Counted from the first letter of the stretch, positions 1-7,967 are shown. The stretch is 13,018 nt of DNA from Candidatus Hermodarchaeota archaeon (GCA_016840065.1 JAEOTB010000120.1:1-13018); one strand, 5' to 3'. Numbers and translations: made by a program. Notes: generated by a model from the sequence alone, not told the origin.

Positions 1-249
1 AAGGGAGGCAACGCGGTTGTGGCAATTCCCCGTCTCTACCAGTCTAATGACGGGAAGCCAGCTGACCCAGATATAGCGTTTGAGCGAATCAGGAAAGTGT
101 CTTTCCACGAGCTCGGTCATGTTCTAGGACTCGACCACTGCAGTAATGAGTGTGTCATGGTCTTTTCTAATTGCCTTGATGACACGGACCAAAAACCGGA
201 TTCCTTTTGCCCAAGCTGCCAACAGAAACTCATTGCCCTGACTGGTTAG
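1..249 (+). CDS. amzA: Archaemetzincin family Zn-dependent metalloprotease (peptidase M54), 3' part, truncated by window start
   Basis: Frame is open from base 1 (KGGNAVVAIPRL...). Contains HELGHVLGLDH-CSNECVM (HExxHxxGxxH, Cys cluster, Met-turn) and C-terminal FCPSC, the archaemetzincin signature. Confidence 0.92.
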   Translation, partial: KGGNAVVAIPRLYQSNDGKPADPDIAFERIRKVSFHELGHVLGLDHCSNECVMVFSNCLDDTDQKPDSFCPSCQQKLIALTG

Positions 250-288
250 CAATATTAGCTTGTGGACACAGGTTATGTGGTTCTGCGT

Positions 289-1128
289 CTAGTCTGAAAA
301 GGAGTCTAAATCTGTCTGCTGACTGGGCTTAACCTTGATTCGTTGGTCTGTTATGCGCTGTAGGCGTTGCCGAATATGAGGCGGCATCCTCGACGAAAGA
401 CCTAGGAGGTCCTGCATCTCCACACAATTCCTTGCAGCGAAGCCGAACCAGTGATTGTTGAAATAGCCGTAAATCCCTTCTGGGCTTTTTTCCTCCAGCT
501 CTAGAACCTTGGGCACCCACTCGTCTAATTCTTCTTCGTTATAGAGGTAATAGTACATGAGGTTTTCTCCGTGGCCGTGCCACCGAATATAGGAGAAGGG
601 AGCTGTCACCTCAACCCTAGGCGGCATTACAGGAGCATCGACGATGCAGTAAGCTGCCTGGTGGCGTCGCAGGATACGGAAGGTGTCAGGTTCTAGCCAG
701 GAGCGGTGCCGGAACTCAACGGCTAACAGCCACTTCTTTGGCACAATCTCAAGGAAGGCTTCCAGCCTTTCTGGGTCAAAGTGAAGGGAGGGCGGTAGTT
801 GGAGCAGCAGAGGACCCAGTTTGCCTGTCTCCTGGAGCGGGGACATTGCCTGCAAGAAGAACCCTAGGCGCTGGTCAGCACCCGCCTCCAGGTCGAGGCG
901 GAGTTCGTGGGTAATCTCTTGGGGAATCTTGGCGGTGAAGACGAAGTCCTTTGAGGCGTTCCGCACAAGGGCTTCCACCATCTTCGCCCCAGGGTAGGTG
1001 TAGAAGGTTGAGTTGATTTCGGCTGTATCAAAAATGGTCTTGTAGTAATGGAAGTGGTGTTGTCTTGAGGGGTAGAAGGTGCCAACCCAATCTTTGTATT
1101 TCCATCCAGAAGTCCCGAGGCGAATCAA
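289..1128 (-). CDS. DUF72 (YecE-like) family protein
   Basis: IRLGTSGWKYKDW, EINSTFY, FTAKIPQEITH, LLQLPPS, AVEFRHRSW, YIRWHG and YGYFNNH are typical DUF72 motifs. TTG start. Confidence 0.93.
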   Translation of the reverse strand: MIRLGTSGWKYKDWVGTFYPSRQHHFHYYKTIFDTAEINSTFYTYPGAKMVEALVRNASKDFVFTAKIPQEITHELRLDLEAGADQRLGFFLQAMSPLQETGKLGPLLLQLPPSLHFDPERLEAFLEIVPKKWLLAVEFRHRSWLEPDTFRILRRHQAAYCIVDAPVMPPRVEVTAPFSYIRWHGHGENLMYYYLYNEEELDEWVPKVLELEEKSPEGIYGYFNNHWFGFAARNCVEMQDLLGLSSRMPPHIRQRLQRITDQRIKVKPSQQTDLDSFSD

Positions 1129-1252
1129 TGTAGGATGGCTTGCTCAAGTTAGGGTTAAAATTCTTGCGGATGATTCCATAGGAAAAACGCTAATAGTATA
1201 AACTATATCTTATGATAAGGGGTTCCTGAGTAAACCCTGTGCTGTGGGGCTT

Positions 1253-1666
1253 TTAGATCGTAGCTAGCTCGACCCGCCACTCATTGTTGGTGTCGGGGTC
1301 TTTGACCAGGATGATTGGCATCGGATAACCGGTTTTTTCTCCTGTACGTAGATATCGCTGGAAGAAGATTTTCTTCTGACCCTTTGGTTGAGGGCGTCGT
1401 GGGTCACGACCATCAGTGACCTTATCCGCCGCCCGTTTTAGGAGCCGAGCCTTCTCTAGGAAGCTGGGCTTGTGAATCTTGTAGGTGTAGCCTTTCTCGT
1501 CGACGAGTTTGCGGCCCACGCCCCAGTAGAGTTTTGGCCGCCCCTTTTCTCGCTCTTTGTGCCATTGTGTGAAGCACTCCAGGAAGGCGGGGTAGTTGTT
1601 GTCCATTATTGCCTGGTAGAAACGTGTGGCAACTTCTTCGGGTTCTATTCCGGGTTCAAGAGGCAT
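1253..1666 (-). CDS. Hypothetical protein, possible NTF2-like/DUF4878-like fold
   Basis: Start reassigned to ATG at 1666 (MPLEPG), which has AGGAG just upstream. PEEVATRFYQAIMDNNYPAFLECF at the N-terminus and ILVKD...NEWRV at the C-terminus resemble NTF2-like small domains. Confidence 0.6.
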   Translation of the reverse strand: MPLEPGIEPEEVATRFYQAIMDNNYPAFLECFTQWHKEREKGRPKLYWGVGRKLVDEKGYTYKIHKPSFLEKARLLKRAADKVTDGRDPRRPQPKGQKKIFFQRYLRTGEKTGYPMPIILVKDPDTNNEWRVELATI

Positions 1667-1878
1667 AGAATCAAACTCCTTAACTGGTTTGTTGTGTATC
1701 GAGAAAAAGGTTATGCCAACAATGGTCCGATTCAAATATAACCTGCTTGCGGCACCTGATTTTAACATAAAATATTAGTCTATATATTATGATTGGTAGT
1801 ATGTTTCCTTCAGATACGGGTGATTATAGTAGTCGTTAGGCTAGTGTAAAACCCCTTTTTCGCCCCCCGGAGAGCTAG

Positions 1879-1888
1879 TTTTTTTAAG
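1879..1888 (+). promoter_or_regulatory. Putative archaeal TATA-like element (TTTTTTTAAG)
   Basis: T-run plus TAAG about 25 nt upstream of a hairpin-rich segment starting near 1910. Sequence pattern only. Confidence 0.3.
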
Positions 1889-2083
1889 TGTGTTCTTGAA
1901 AGATTAACCTGCAGTTGTTTAACTGCAATCTCCAGATTGGGGCAGCAACGCTGTTGTTGCCCCTCTCCATCCTACTCCATCTCGATTTCTGGTGAGTGGG
2001 CGTGCTGCTCTATCCTGTGGGCTGTTCCGTCTGCAAAACCGCACTTTTTTAGGGACTAAATATCAGTGTCTTCTTGACTGAAA

Positions 2084-2707
2084 ATGCCAGGTGACTTCTA
2101 CATTCCTGAAAAAGAGCTTTGCCCGGAGCTCCGAGTGCTAATCCCTCTTGAAGATACCATTCTTTACACATCTTCGGTGAAGGTGAAACGGATTGTCAAA
2201 GGAGAGCGCTCTTCGATAAAGGGTGGGGAACTTGTGATAACTAATCGGGGTGTCGCTTTCTATTCGGATGCTGATGTATCCGCTGGTGGCATCCTATCCT
2301 TTCGAGGGGGGCCAATTAGCGAGTACGTGAGTTATGATCGGATAGTCAAAATTATCGGGAAGGGCGCAAAGGTCCACATCATGGTTGACCCGCCCCTTGA
2401 TTCAGGAGAACCTCGAAGGGAATATGTACTTATTGTGGAGCCGTCTTCACCTCATGAGACTAGTGCGGGCTTCAAACGCCGTAAAGCTGGATTTAGTGCT
2501 GTCCTTGAACAGGCTTTCTATAAGTATCGGGGAGGCGAGGCTAAGCCTCGTCGGGTTCGTCGAGGCAAGCATCCGGCTACCGAGGTACGCGCTACTCCGA
2601 GAGTGAAAAGACGGCGCTACGCCTATTGTAACGAGTGTGGCTCTTACCTGGAGGACCCAGCGGAGTTCTGTGAGAACTGTGGAGCACGCCTCATCGAGAA
2701 AAGATAA
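2084..2707 (+). CDS. PH-like domain protein with basic linker and C-terminal zinc ribbon
   Basis: GELVITNRGVAF resembles the GxLxITNxRxxF strand of PH-like (bPH/GRAM) domains. Arg-rich linker, then CNECG-x8-FCENCG zinc ribbon. Confidence 0.7.
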   Translation: MPGDFYIPEKELCPELRVLIPLEDTILYTSSVKVKRIVKGERSSIKGGELVITNRGVAFYSDADVSAGGILSFRGGPISEYVSYDRIVKIIGKGAKVHIMVDPPLDSGEPRREYVLIVEPSSPHETSAGFKRRKAGFSAVLEQAFYKYRGGEAKPRRVRRGKHPATEVRATPRVKRRRYAYCNECGSYLEDPAEFCENCGARLIEKR

Positions 2708-2713
2708 GCGATA

Positions 2714-2731
2714 GAGTCTACCACTAGACTC
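2714..2731. terminator. Hairpin between convergent genes
   Basis: GAGTCTA-CCAC-TAGACTC perfect 7-bp stem in the gap between the convergent stops at 2707 and 2792. Confidence 0.35.
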
Positions 2732-2791
2732 CCCACTCCAGATAGAGGTCTACGGATTAGAAAATATCTGCCCTATTATAGGAAGGTGGGG

Positions 2792-3352
2792 CTATAGTGC
2801 GACACGCCCTCGGACGCGGTCTATTCCATACCTTGCGATATTGATGAAGGATTCCTCGACGTTACTGCCATCTTTGGCGCTGGTTTCGAGAAAGGTTGCT
2901 CCCAGCTGTAAGCCCATTCCACTTCCTTCATCGTTACTCACAACCCTTTCTTTGATAAGGTCGGTTTTATTCCCGCACACAATCTTCAGGGCGTTGGAGG
3001 CAAAGCGGTCTACCTGCCTGCTCCAAGTAGGAAGGTTTTCGAAGCTTTCCCGGTTCGTAACATCATAGACTAGGAGAGCACCAATGGCTCCCATGAAGTA
3101 TCGTTCCACCAGATTACGGAAACGCTCCTGCCCGCCAGTGTCATAAACTAGTATGCCGACCCGTCTTCCGTCCACCTTAACCAGTTTACGGAAGATATCT
3201 GTGCCAATGGTGGCCTTGTATTCTTGGCTGAAGGATCCTGTCACGAATCTGCCTGTCAGGCTGGTCTTGCCTACTGCGGCGTCTCCTACGACGATTACTT
3301 TGAGGGATATGTCGGTGTCTGTTGGTTTTTGTGGTAGCGGTTCCCAGGACAT
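2792..3352 (-). CDS. Rab-like small GTPase (Ras superfamily)
   Basis: G1 GDAAVGKTS, G2 YKATIG, G3 DTGGQE, G4 NKTD, G5 ETSAK. RabF-like motifs IGTDI, RFRNLV, YFMGA, LVYDVT. Likely start is ATG 3352 (MSWEP), preceded by GGAGG. Confidence 0.95.
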   Translation of the reverse strand: MSWEPLPQKPTDTDISLKVIVVGDAAVGKTSLTGRFVTGSFSQEYKATIGTDIFRKLVKVDGRRVGILVYDTGGQERFRNLVERYFMGAIGALLVYDVTNRESFENLPTWSRQVDRFASNALKIVCGNKTDLIKERVVSNDEGSGMGLQLGATFLETSAKDGSNVEESFINIARYGIDRVRGRVAL

Positions 3353-3472
3353 GAGTAAACCTCCTATGTGAGCCATGTAAATTTTAGCTTTAATTCTTTT
3401 CTCTTTAGGAGTTAACTGTGTTTATTTATTTCCTGATGAAACATCCTGTGAATTGATTTACAGAAGGTTTAG

Positions 3473-3991
3473 CTAGAGGTCTAGGCGGTAAAGGTGTGAA
3501 GCATCAGCGCTGTGTATGAAGCTGAACTTGAGGCGTTTTACGATAGCCATCATCGGATGGTTCGTTATGTTGACCAGAACGAAGAGCCTATAGATGCCTT
3601 CAGCCTTGGCAACCTTCAAAAGTTGCTCCATCATCTGAGTGCCGAGTCCTCGGTTCTGAAAATCGTCTCGGACAAGGATGGAAACTTCTGCGCTTCCTGT
3701 GCCAACCTCGACGAAATACCAGCAGTCACCCACGACTTCTCTTTCTTCTCCGTTTTCTGGGTGTTCAGCGATTAGACATATCTGGGAGTCTTCTGAGCAG
3801 CCTTTGATTGAACGTAGCCATTCCCGGGCTTCCGTCCATCCAAAGCGTTTGCGGAGTGATTCCTCTGATGAGCGCTGGTAGAGGTCTCCGAGACGATCGT
3901 ACTCGTCAAAGTTGAGGGGGCGGATGTGCACACAACGCCCATCCTTTAGTACAGCGTCACATTCGAATTCGGGTGGAAATAAACCACACAT
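3473..3991 (-). CDS. GNAT family N-acetyltransferase (resembles the stand-alone GNAT domain of Pat-type protein lysine acetyltransferases)
   Basis: LKDGRCVHIRP, SEESLRKRF, AEVSILVRDDFQNRGLGT (acetyl-CoA motif A) and NHPM. Confidence 0.88.
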   Translation of the reverse strand: MCGLFPPEFECDAVLKDGRCVHIRPLNFDEYDRLGDLYQRSSEESLRKRFGWTEAREWLRSIKGCSEDSQICLIAEHPENGEEREVVGDCWYFVEVGTGSAEVSILVRDDFQNRGLGTQMMEQLLKVAKAEGIYRLFVLVNITNHPMMAIVKRLKFSFIHSADASHLYRLDL

Positions 3992-4028
3992 TCTTACAGC
4001 GCTCCAAGTCAGGGTTCTAATTTGATGG

Positions 4029-4052
4029 TTACCTATTACCTGTTACCTATTA
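4029..4052. repeat. Short tandem 7-bp repeat, three copies plus a partial
   Basis: TTACCTA-TTACCTG-TTACCTA-TTA, upstream of the GNAT gene. Confidence 0.6.
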
Positions 4053-4179
4053 AACCCTTAATAATTAATTTCAAGGACAGATGATGTGACCTTGTTTATT
4101 GTCTGAGGTTCGCCATTGAGGTGCAAGCTGCATGATTCCATTCACCCGTTCTGGTGTGGTCAGGATCTGTTAGTTGGTA

Positions 4180-4911
4180 TTATCTGGAGATTGGAAGTTT
4201 TCCTTGCTCAAGTTGTTCTACAAGTTGGATTAGTTCTTCCTCTGCCCTCTCCATGATGGCTTTACCCTTTTCCGCCGTTGCGCTTTGGGGTTCGCCATAG
4301 ATTCCCCGGGGCAGTAGTTCTTCTCTTCGTGAAGCTGATACAATCCTAAAACTAGTACGGACACGTGCATCTTTTGCAGCCTTCATATCTACCAGGTCCG
4401 GACGCACTGCCAGCACCTCTGAGGTTTCGTCCTCGCCAGCATGACCATCAGGTGTTTCTAGGATTTCCGCCCTCACACTTTTTGCTAGGTCATCCCACCA
4501 GTTGACAATGATGACTGCACCGTCATGTCCTTCAGTCGCTTCTTCTGCTGCCTGGCGGAGGAGTGTCGAATTCCCACCGTGCCCATTGAGAGCAACAATG
4601 AACTTGAAGCCTTGACGGAAAACCGCTTTCATTACATCCCGGTAGACCATCAGAAGGGTTTCAGGTCGAAGGGAGACTGTACCTTTGAAGACATCAAAAG
4701 ACCAGCTCTCCCCAAAGGGAATCGGTGGGAGCACCATAGCCTTCGTCCTTTGGGCCACCTTTTCCGCTAGGAAGGAGGGTAGAATCATGTCGGTGCCCAG
4801 AGGTAAATGGTTGCCATGAGCCTCGATTGAACATGTGACCATCACGGCGACCTTGGTTTCCCTAGCTTCTCTTTCAAAGCTGGCTTGGGTCAGCTCGGAC
4901 CATCGTGGCAT
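4180..4911 (-). CDS. Creatininase / creatinine amidohydrolase family protein
   Basis: SIEAHGNHLPLGTD, NGHGGN, NWWD, GHAGEDETS and ATAEKG. Likely start is ATG 4911 (MPRWSELT). Confidence 0.93.
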   Translation of the reverse strand: MPRWSELTQASFEREARETKVAVMVTCSIEAHGNHLPLGTDMILPSFLAEKVAQRTKAMVLPPIPFGESWSFDVFKGTVSLRPETLLMVYRDVMKAVFRQGFKFIVALNGHGGNSTLLRQAAEEATEGHDGAVIIVNWWDDLAKSVRAEILETPDGHAGEDETSEVLAVRPDLVDMKAAKDARVRTSFRIVSASRREELLPRGIYGEPQSATAEKGKAIMERAEEELIQLVEQLEQGKLPISR

Positions 4912-5044
4912 AATATTATCCAACCTTCTTGGGGTTGATGTGGGTGCCGACTTGGCAGCTATAAAAACCACTGCTAAATCGAGAACCTACACATCGAATG
5001 AGTGAGGGTTAGTTCCTTTTTCAGTTAATGGTTGGCTGAGTTTA

Positions 5045-5347
5045 CTATTCTTCGTCCTCTTCGTCGAGAGCTTCCTCGTCTTCATCCTCGAGGTCTTCTT
5101 TCTCGATACCTAGTTTCCCTAGTAGTTCTTCTAGTTCTTCCTCGCTCAGTTCATCGATGGGTTTTCCAGCTTCCCGCTCGATGACGATGACATGTCTACG
5201 GTGTAGACGCCAAGAAGCCCCGGCGACTGGTGCAAAAAGCCAGTATGCGCCGCGCCTAACTCTTCTGAAGTGTCGGCGTACGCGTCTACGAGTTCGGCGC
5301 CTGACCCGGCGGCGTACTCTTCGTCTTACTCTTGGTCTTGGACACAA
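5045..5347 (-). CDS. Small bipolar protein: Arg-rich N-terminus, acidic C-terminus
   Basis: TTG start preceded by GGGGAGGT. 20 Arg in the first 32 aa, encoded by all six Arg codons. 15 of the last 19 residues are D/E. Co-oriented with neighbouring genes. Confidence 0.8.
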   Translation of the reverse strand: MCPRPRVRRRVRRRVRRRTRRRVRRHFRRVRRGAYWLFAPVAGASWRLHRRHVIVIEREAGKPIDELSEEELEELLGKLGIEKEDLEDEDEEALDEEDEE

Positions 5348-5397
5348 GTTATTGAACCTCCCCTTGAAGGGGGTTAGTATAATATTCTACGGATTAC

Positions 5398-6132
5398 TCA
5401 TTTAATCTTATGGGGGGCTAGCTGGTAGGTTATCCGTATCCGTTCCTTGCCCTTGCTCTTCCTCTTGGTTATCTTTAGTTGAACCAATTCGCTGGTGGAG
5501 TGGACGTGGGTCCCAGCGCAGGGATAAGCGTCGAATTTACCTATTCTTACCATTCTTAGACGCTTGATGGAGGAGGGAAGTCGTGAGAGGTCAGAGCGGT
5601 CTGCTCCCATCTCCTTCTCCAGTTCTTCACGGTCAACAACAGTGATCGTGACTGGGTGGTCCTCCTCGATAAGGCGGTTGGCTTCTGCCTCTATGGCGGG
5701 GAGCTCTTCTGACTGGAACGTGGCTGGTGCAAAGTCGATGTGGGAGGCTTCAGCGTGTATCTGGTTCCCAGCGGTCCTAGCCCCGTATTTGTCGAAGATT
5801 ATTCTGCTAAGGAGGTGTTGGGCGGTGTGCATCCGCATATGGTCGTAGCGCCTGACCCAGTCTAGTCTTAGGGTTACCTCTTCGCCCTCTGAGGGGAGAG
5901 GTCCTTCTAGGTAGTGGTAGACGTGGTTGCCCTGTTTTGCCACATGTATCACCATTGAGGACCCTAACGCGGAGTCGATTCTGCCCTTATCACTTGATTG
6001 CCCTCCTCCCTCGGGGTAGAATATAGTCCCATCGAGAATGACACTATTACGAGCCTTATTTGCTTCTAGGACGGTTACCTCAGCTTCTTTCAGATAACTG
6101 TCTTCTAGATAGATTAGCTCTGTTTTTGTCAT
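5398..6132 (-). CDS. alaX: Free-standing alanyl-tRNA editing protein (AlaX-M type)
   Basis: YLEDSYLKE, TIFYPEGGGQSSDKG, RMHTAQHLL (HxxxH) and PCAGTHV (CxxxH). ATG 6132 overlaps the upstream TGA (ATGA). Confidence 0.94.
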   Translation of the reverse strand: MTKTELIYLEDSYLKEAEVTVLEANKARNSVILDGTIFYPEGGGQSSDKGRIDSALGSSMVIHVAKQGNHVYHYLEGPLPSEGEEVTLRLDWVRRYDHMRMHTAQHLLSRIIFDKYGARTAGNQIHAEASHIDFAPATFQSEELPAIEAEANRLIEEDHPVTITVVDREELEKEMGADRSDLSRLPSSIKRLRMVRIGKFDAYPCAGTHVHSTSELVQLKITKRKSKGKERIRITYQLAPHKIK

Positions 6133-6605
6133 ACCTTTTCGCTCCATTTCCCGAATTTTATGAATTTTCTGCTGGTTGTTTTTTCTGGTTTTATTAGGAC
6201 TATTCGAACGGCCTTCATTTCCTGCTGAGGTTTCCGGGCGGGCTTGTTGATATAGGCACCGAACTCCTCTGGGACGCGGTACTTGTTGATAAGGGCTTGA
6301 AGGTAGGGAATTTTCTCTGCGTTGTCTTTCAGGATTTCCGCCTTTCCGAAGATAAGTACAGATTTGTACATGGAACCATCAGAGAGTGATTCATCTACCT
6401 CAAAGCAGACCTTTGGATTTGCACGGAGAGCTTCCATTTTCTGGCCAGCGCTGCAGACATGAATGGCAATTTGCCCATTTACCCAGGCATACCCGACTGG
6501 GATGATGTAGGGTTCACCGTTGTGAACAACTCCGAGGCGACCCGTACGAGCACATGTGAGGAACTGGTCAATTTCTTCTTGTGCCATTTCTTTGTGAGGA
6601 GACAT
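6129..6605 (-). CDS. Pyridoxamine 5'-phosphate oxidase-like flavin-binding protein (NimA-like split barrel)
   Basis: TGRLG...GEPYIIPVGY, GQKMEALRANPKVCFEVD and YKSVLIFGKA. GGAGGT precedes ATG 6605; ATG 6623 is an alternative start. Confidence 0.88.
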   Translation of the reverse strand: MSPHKEMAQEEIDQFLTCARTGRLGVVHNGEPYIIPVGYAWVNGQIAIHVCSAGQKMEALRANPKVCFEVDESLSDGSMYKSVLIFGKAEILKDNAEKIPYLQALINKYRVPEEFGAYINKPARKPQQEMKAVRIVLIKPEKTTSRKFIKFGKWSEKV

Positions 6606-6774
6606 ACCAAATATAACCTCCATCTGATAGGAACAGCACCTATTCCCTTAAGATTAATGTTTGGCTGGTTCGTAAGGAATCACTTACCATCTGAATATTA
6701 GGAAATCCAGAGAAACCGGATAGCCACTTCCCTAAAGATAAAATATCAGAACTCCCTTCAAACACCATATCTAG

Positions 6775-7059
6775 GTGGATTACTTGAATCAATCTGACAA
6801 ACCTCTTACGAGGGGAGCTACCGTTTACTGCACCAGATGTGGGAAGGCCCTCCCCAGCGAACAGGAATGGTGCAGGAATTGTGGAGCTATCCAGGTGCGG
6901 TGCATGGTATGCAAGGGGGCTGTCAGATCAGCGGACGACTCGACCAAGTGCCCCCACTGCAAAGGCGTTGCGCACCGAGTCGATTTTCTGGAATGGCTTA
7001 AGGTCAAGGGGACATGCCCCCGCTGCAAGAAGAACCTGCAGAAGAAGGATTTATCCTAG
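6775..7059 (+). CDS. Zinc-ribbon + RING-type (C4-H-D-C2, RINGv-like) protein, putative E3 ligase component
   Basis: CTRCG-x8-WCRNCG ribbon, followed by C-x2-C-x12-C-x2-C-x4-H-x2-D-x3-W-x6-CPRC. Start may instead be TTG 6784 (AGGTGG upstream). Confidence 0.8.
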   Translation: MDYLNQSDKPLTRGATVYCTRCGKALPSEQEWCRNCGAIQVRCMVCKGAVRSADDSTKCPHCKGVAHRVDFLEWLKVKGTCPRCKKNLQKKDLS

Positions 7060-7084
7060 CTTACCTGATTCTTTGGCACATCAC

Positions 7085-7867
7085 TCATGTGGGAACCCTG
7101 GCTGAAAGCAGGAGGATTATTCCTAGTATTCCAGATGGAATCATCATTATGCTTCCAATCATTGTAAGGAAAGATGAACACCAGAAACTGCCAGTGATAA
7201 TGAAGAGAACTCCTGTCGCTATCCCCAATCCCTCATTGCCCATTTGAGTGCGGTTTGTAATCATGGAGCACCCCCAGAGGATAATCATGACACCTGTGAG
7301 GATGTAACCCACATAGGCCATTATGTAATATAGTGTATAGAGGGAGTAGTAGATGTAGTAGGGAGCACCATAGAGAAATGAGTAGAGGATTCCGGGTATG
7401 AGCTGGAACCAGATAAAGACCAGGGAGATAATGCAGGTTGCCAAAGCCAAGGTTGAACCATAATTTCTACGCAGACCATAGAACCCGAAAGCAGACATTA
7501 CTCCCCCCACGCAGAAGATGATGATTGGTATGAGAAATACAAGCGCTGCAGATGCACCGATAATCCAGAGAAAGATATAGATATATTCGAATACCCACAT
7601 CAGGGTGGCGGCAACCATCAGTATAATGAGCCCTATTGCTCCGATGATGAAGTAGGTCCTGCTAGGTTTTCCGGTTGGAGCCGCAGTAGGACCTAGGCGC
7701 TCACTGGGATATGCTACACGCTCCGCAGGGGCTGCCCTGCCTTCTTCTATACATTTCTTGCAGTGGCTTCTACCAGTGATCTTGATTTCGCAGTCCCTGC
7801 ACAAACCGATTCCGCAGGAGACGCATACAGCAATGGCATCTCTTTTCGAGTGTTTAGCACATTTCAA
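7085..7867 (-). CDS. B-box-like zinc finger membrane protein (paralog A, about 6 TM)
   Basis: C-x2-H-x8-C-x2-C-x4-C-x2-C-x9-C-x2-C at the N-terminus, Pro/Ala linker, about six hydrophobic segments. TTG start. Confidence 0.85.
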   Translation of the reverse strand: MKCAKHSKRDAIAVCVSCGIGLCRDCEIKITGRSHCKKCIEEGRAAPAERVAYPSERLGPTAAPTGKPSRTYFIIGAIGLIILMVAATLMWVFEYIYIFLWIIGASAALVFLIPIIIFCVGGVMSAFGFYGLRRNYGSTLALATCIISLVFIWFQLIPGILYSFLYGAPYYIYYSLYTLYYIMAYVGYILTGVMIILWGCSMITNRTQMGNEGLGIATGVLFIITGSFWCSSFLTMIGSIMMIPSGILGIILLLSARVPT

Positions 7868-7967
7868 GATATTTCCCTCGGGGAACCATTCTTACTATAT
7901 CCTAGCCTTTGTGGCATTTAAGTCTTCGATGTCACTCTTTTATTGATTCAAGGGCTACACCAGTTAT

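Noticed and set aside
1880-1995. Short ORFs on either strand across the hairpin region (about 26-28 codons)
   Set aside because: No recognisable motifs; lengths expected by chance.
4088-4097. ACCTTGTT complementary to the conserved 16S rRNA 3' region (AACAAGGT) as a methylation guide
   Set aside because: Only 8 nt and not adjacent to the CTGA box; compatible with chance.
5157-5405. Arg-rich plus-strand ORF
   Set aside because: Antisense shadow of the Arg-rich gene; the minus-strand ORF has the SD motif and operon orientation.
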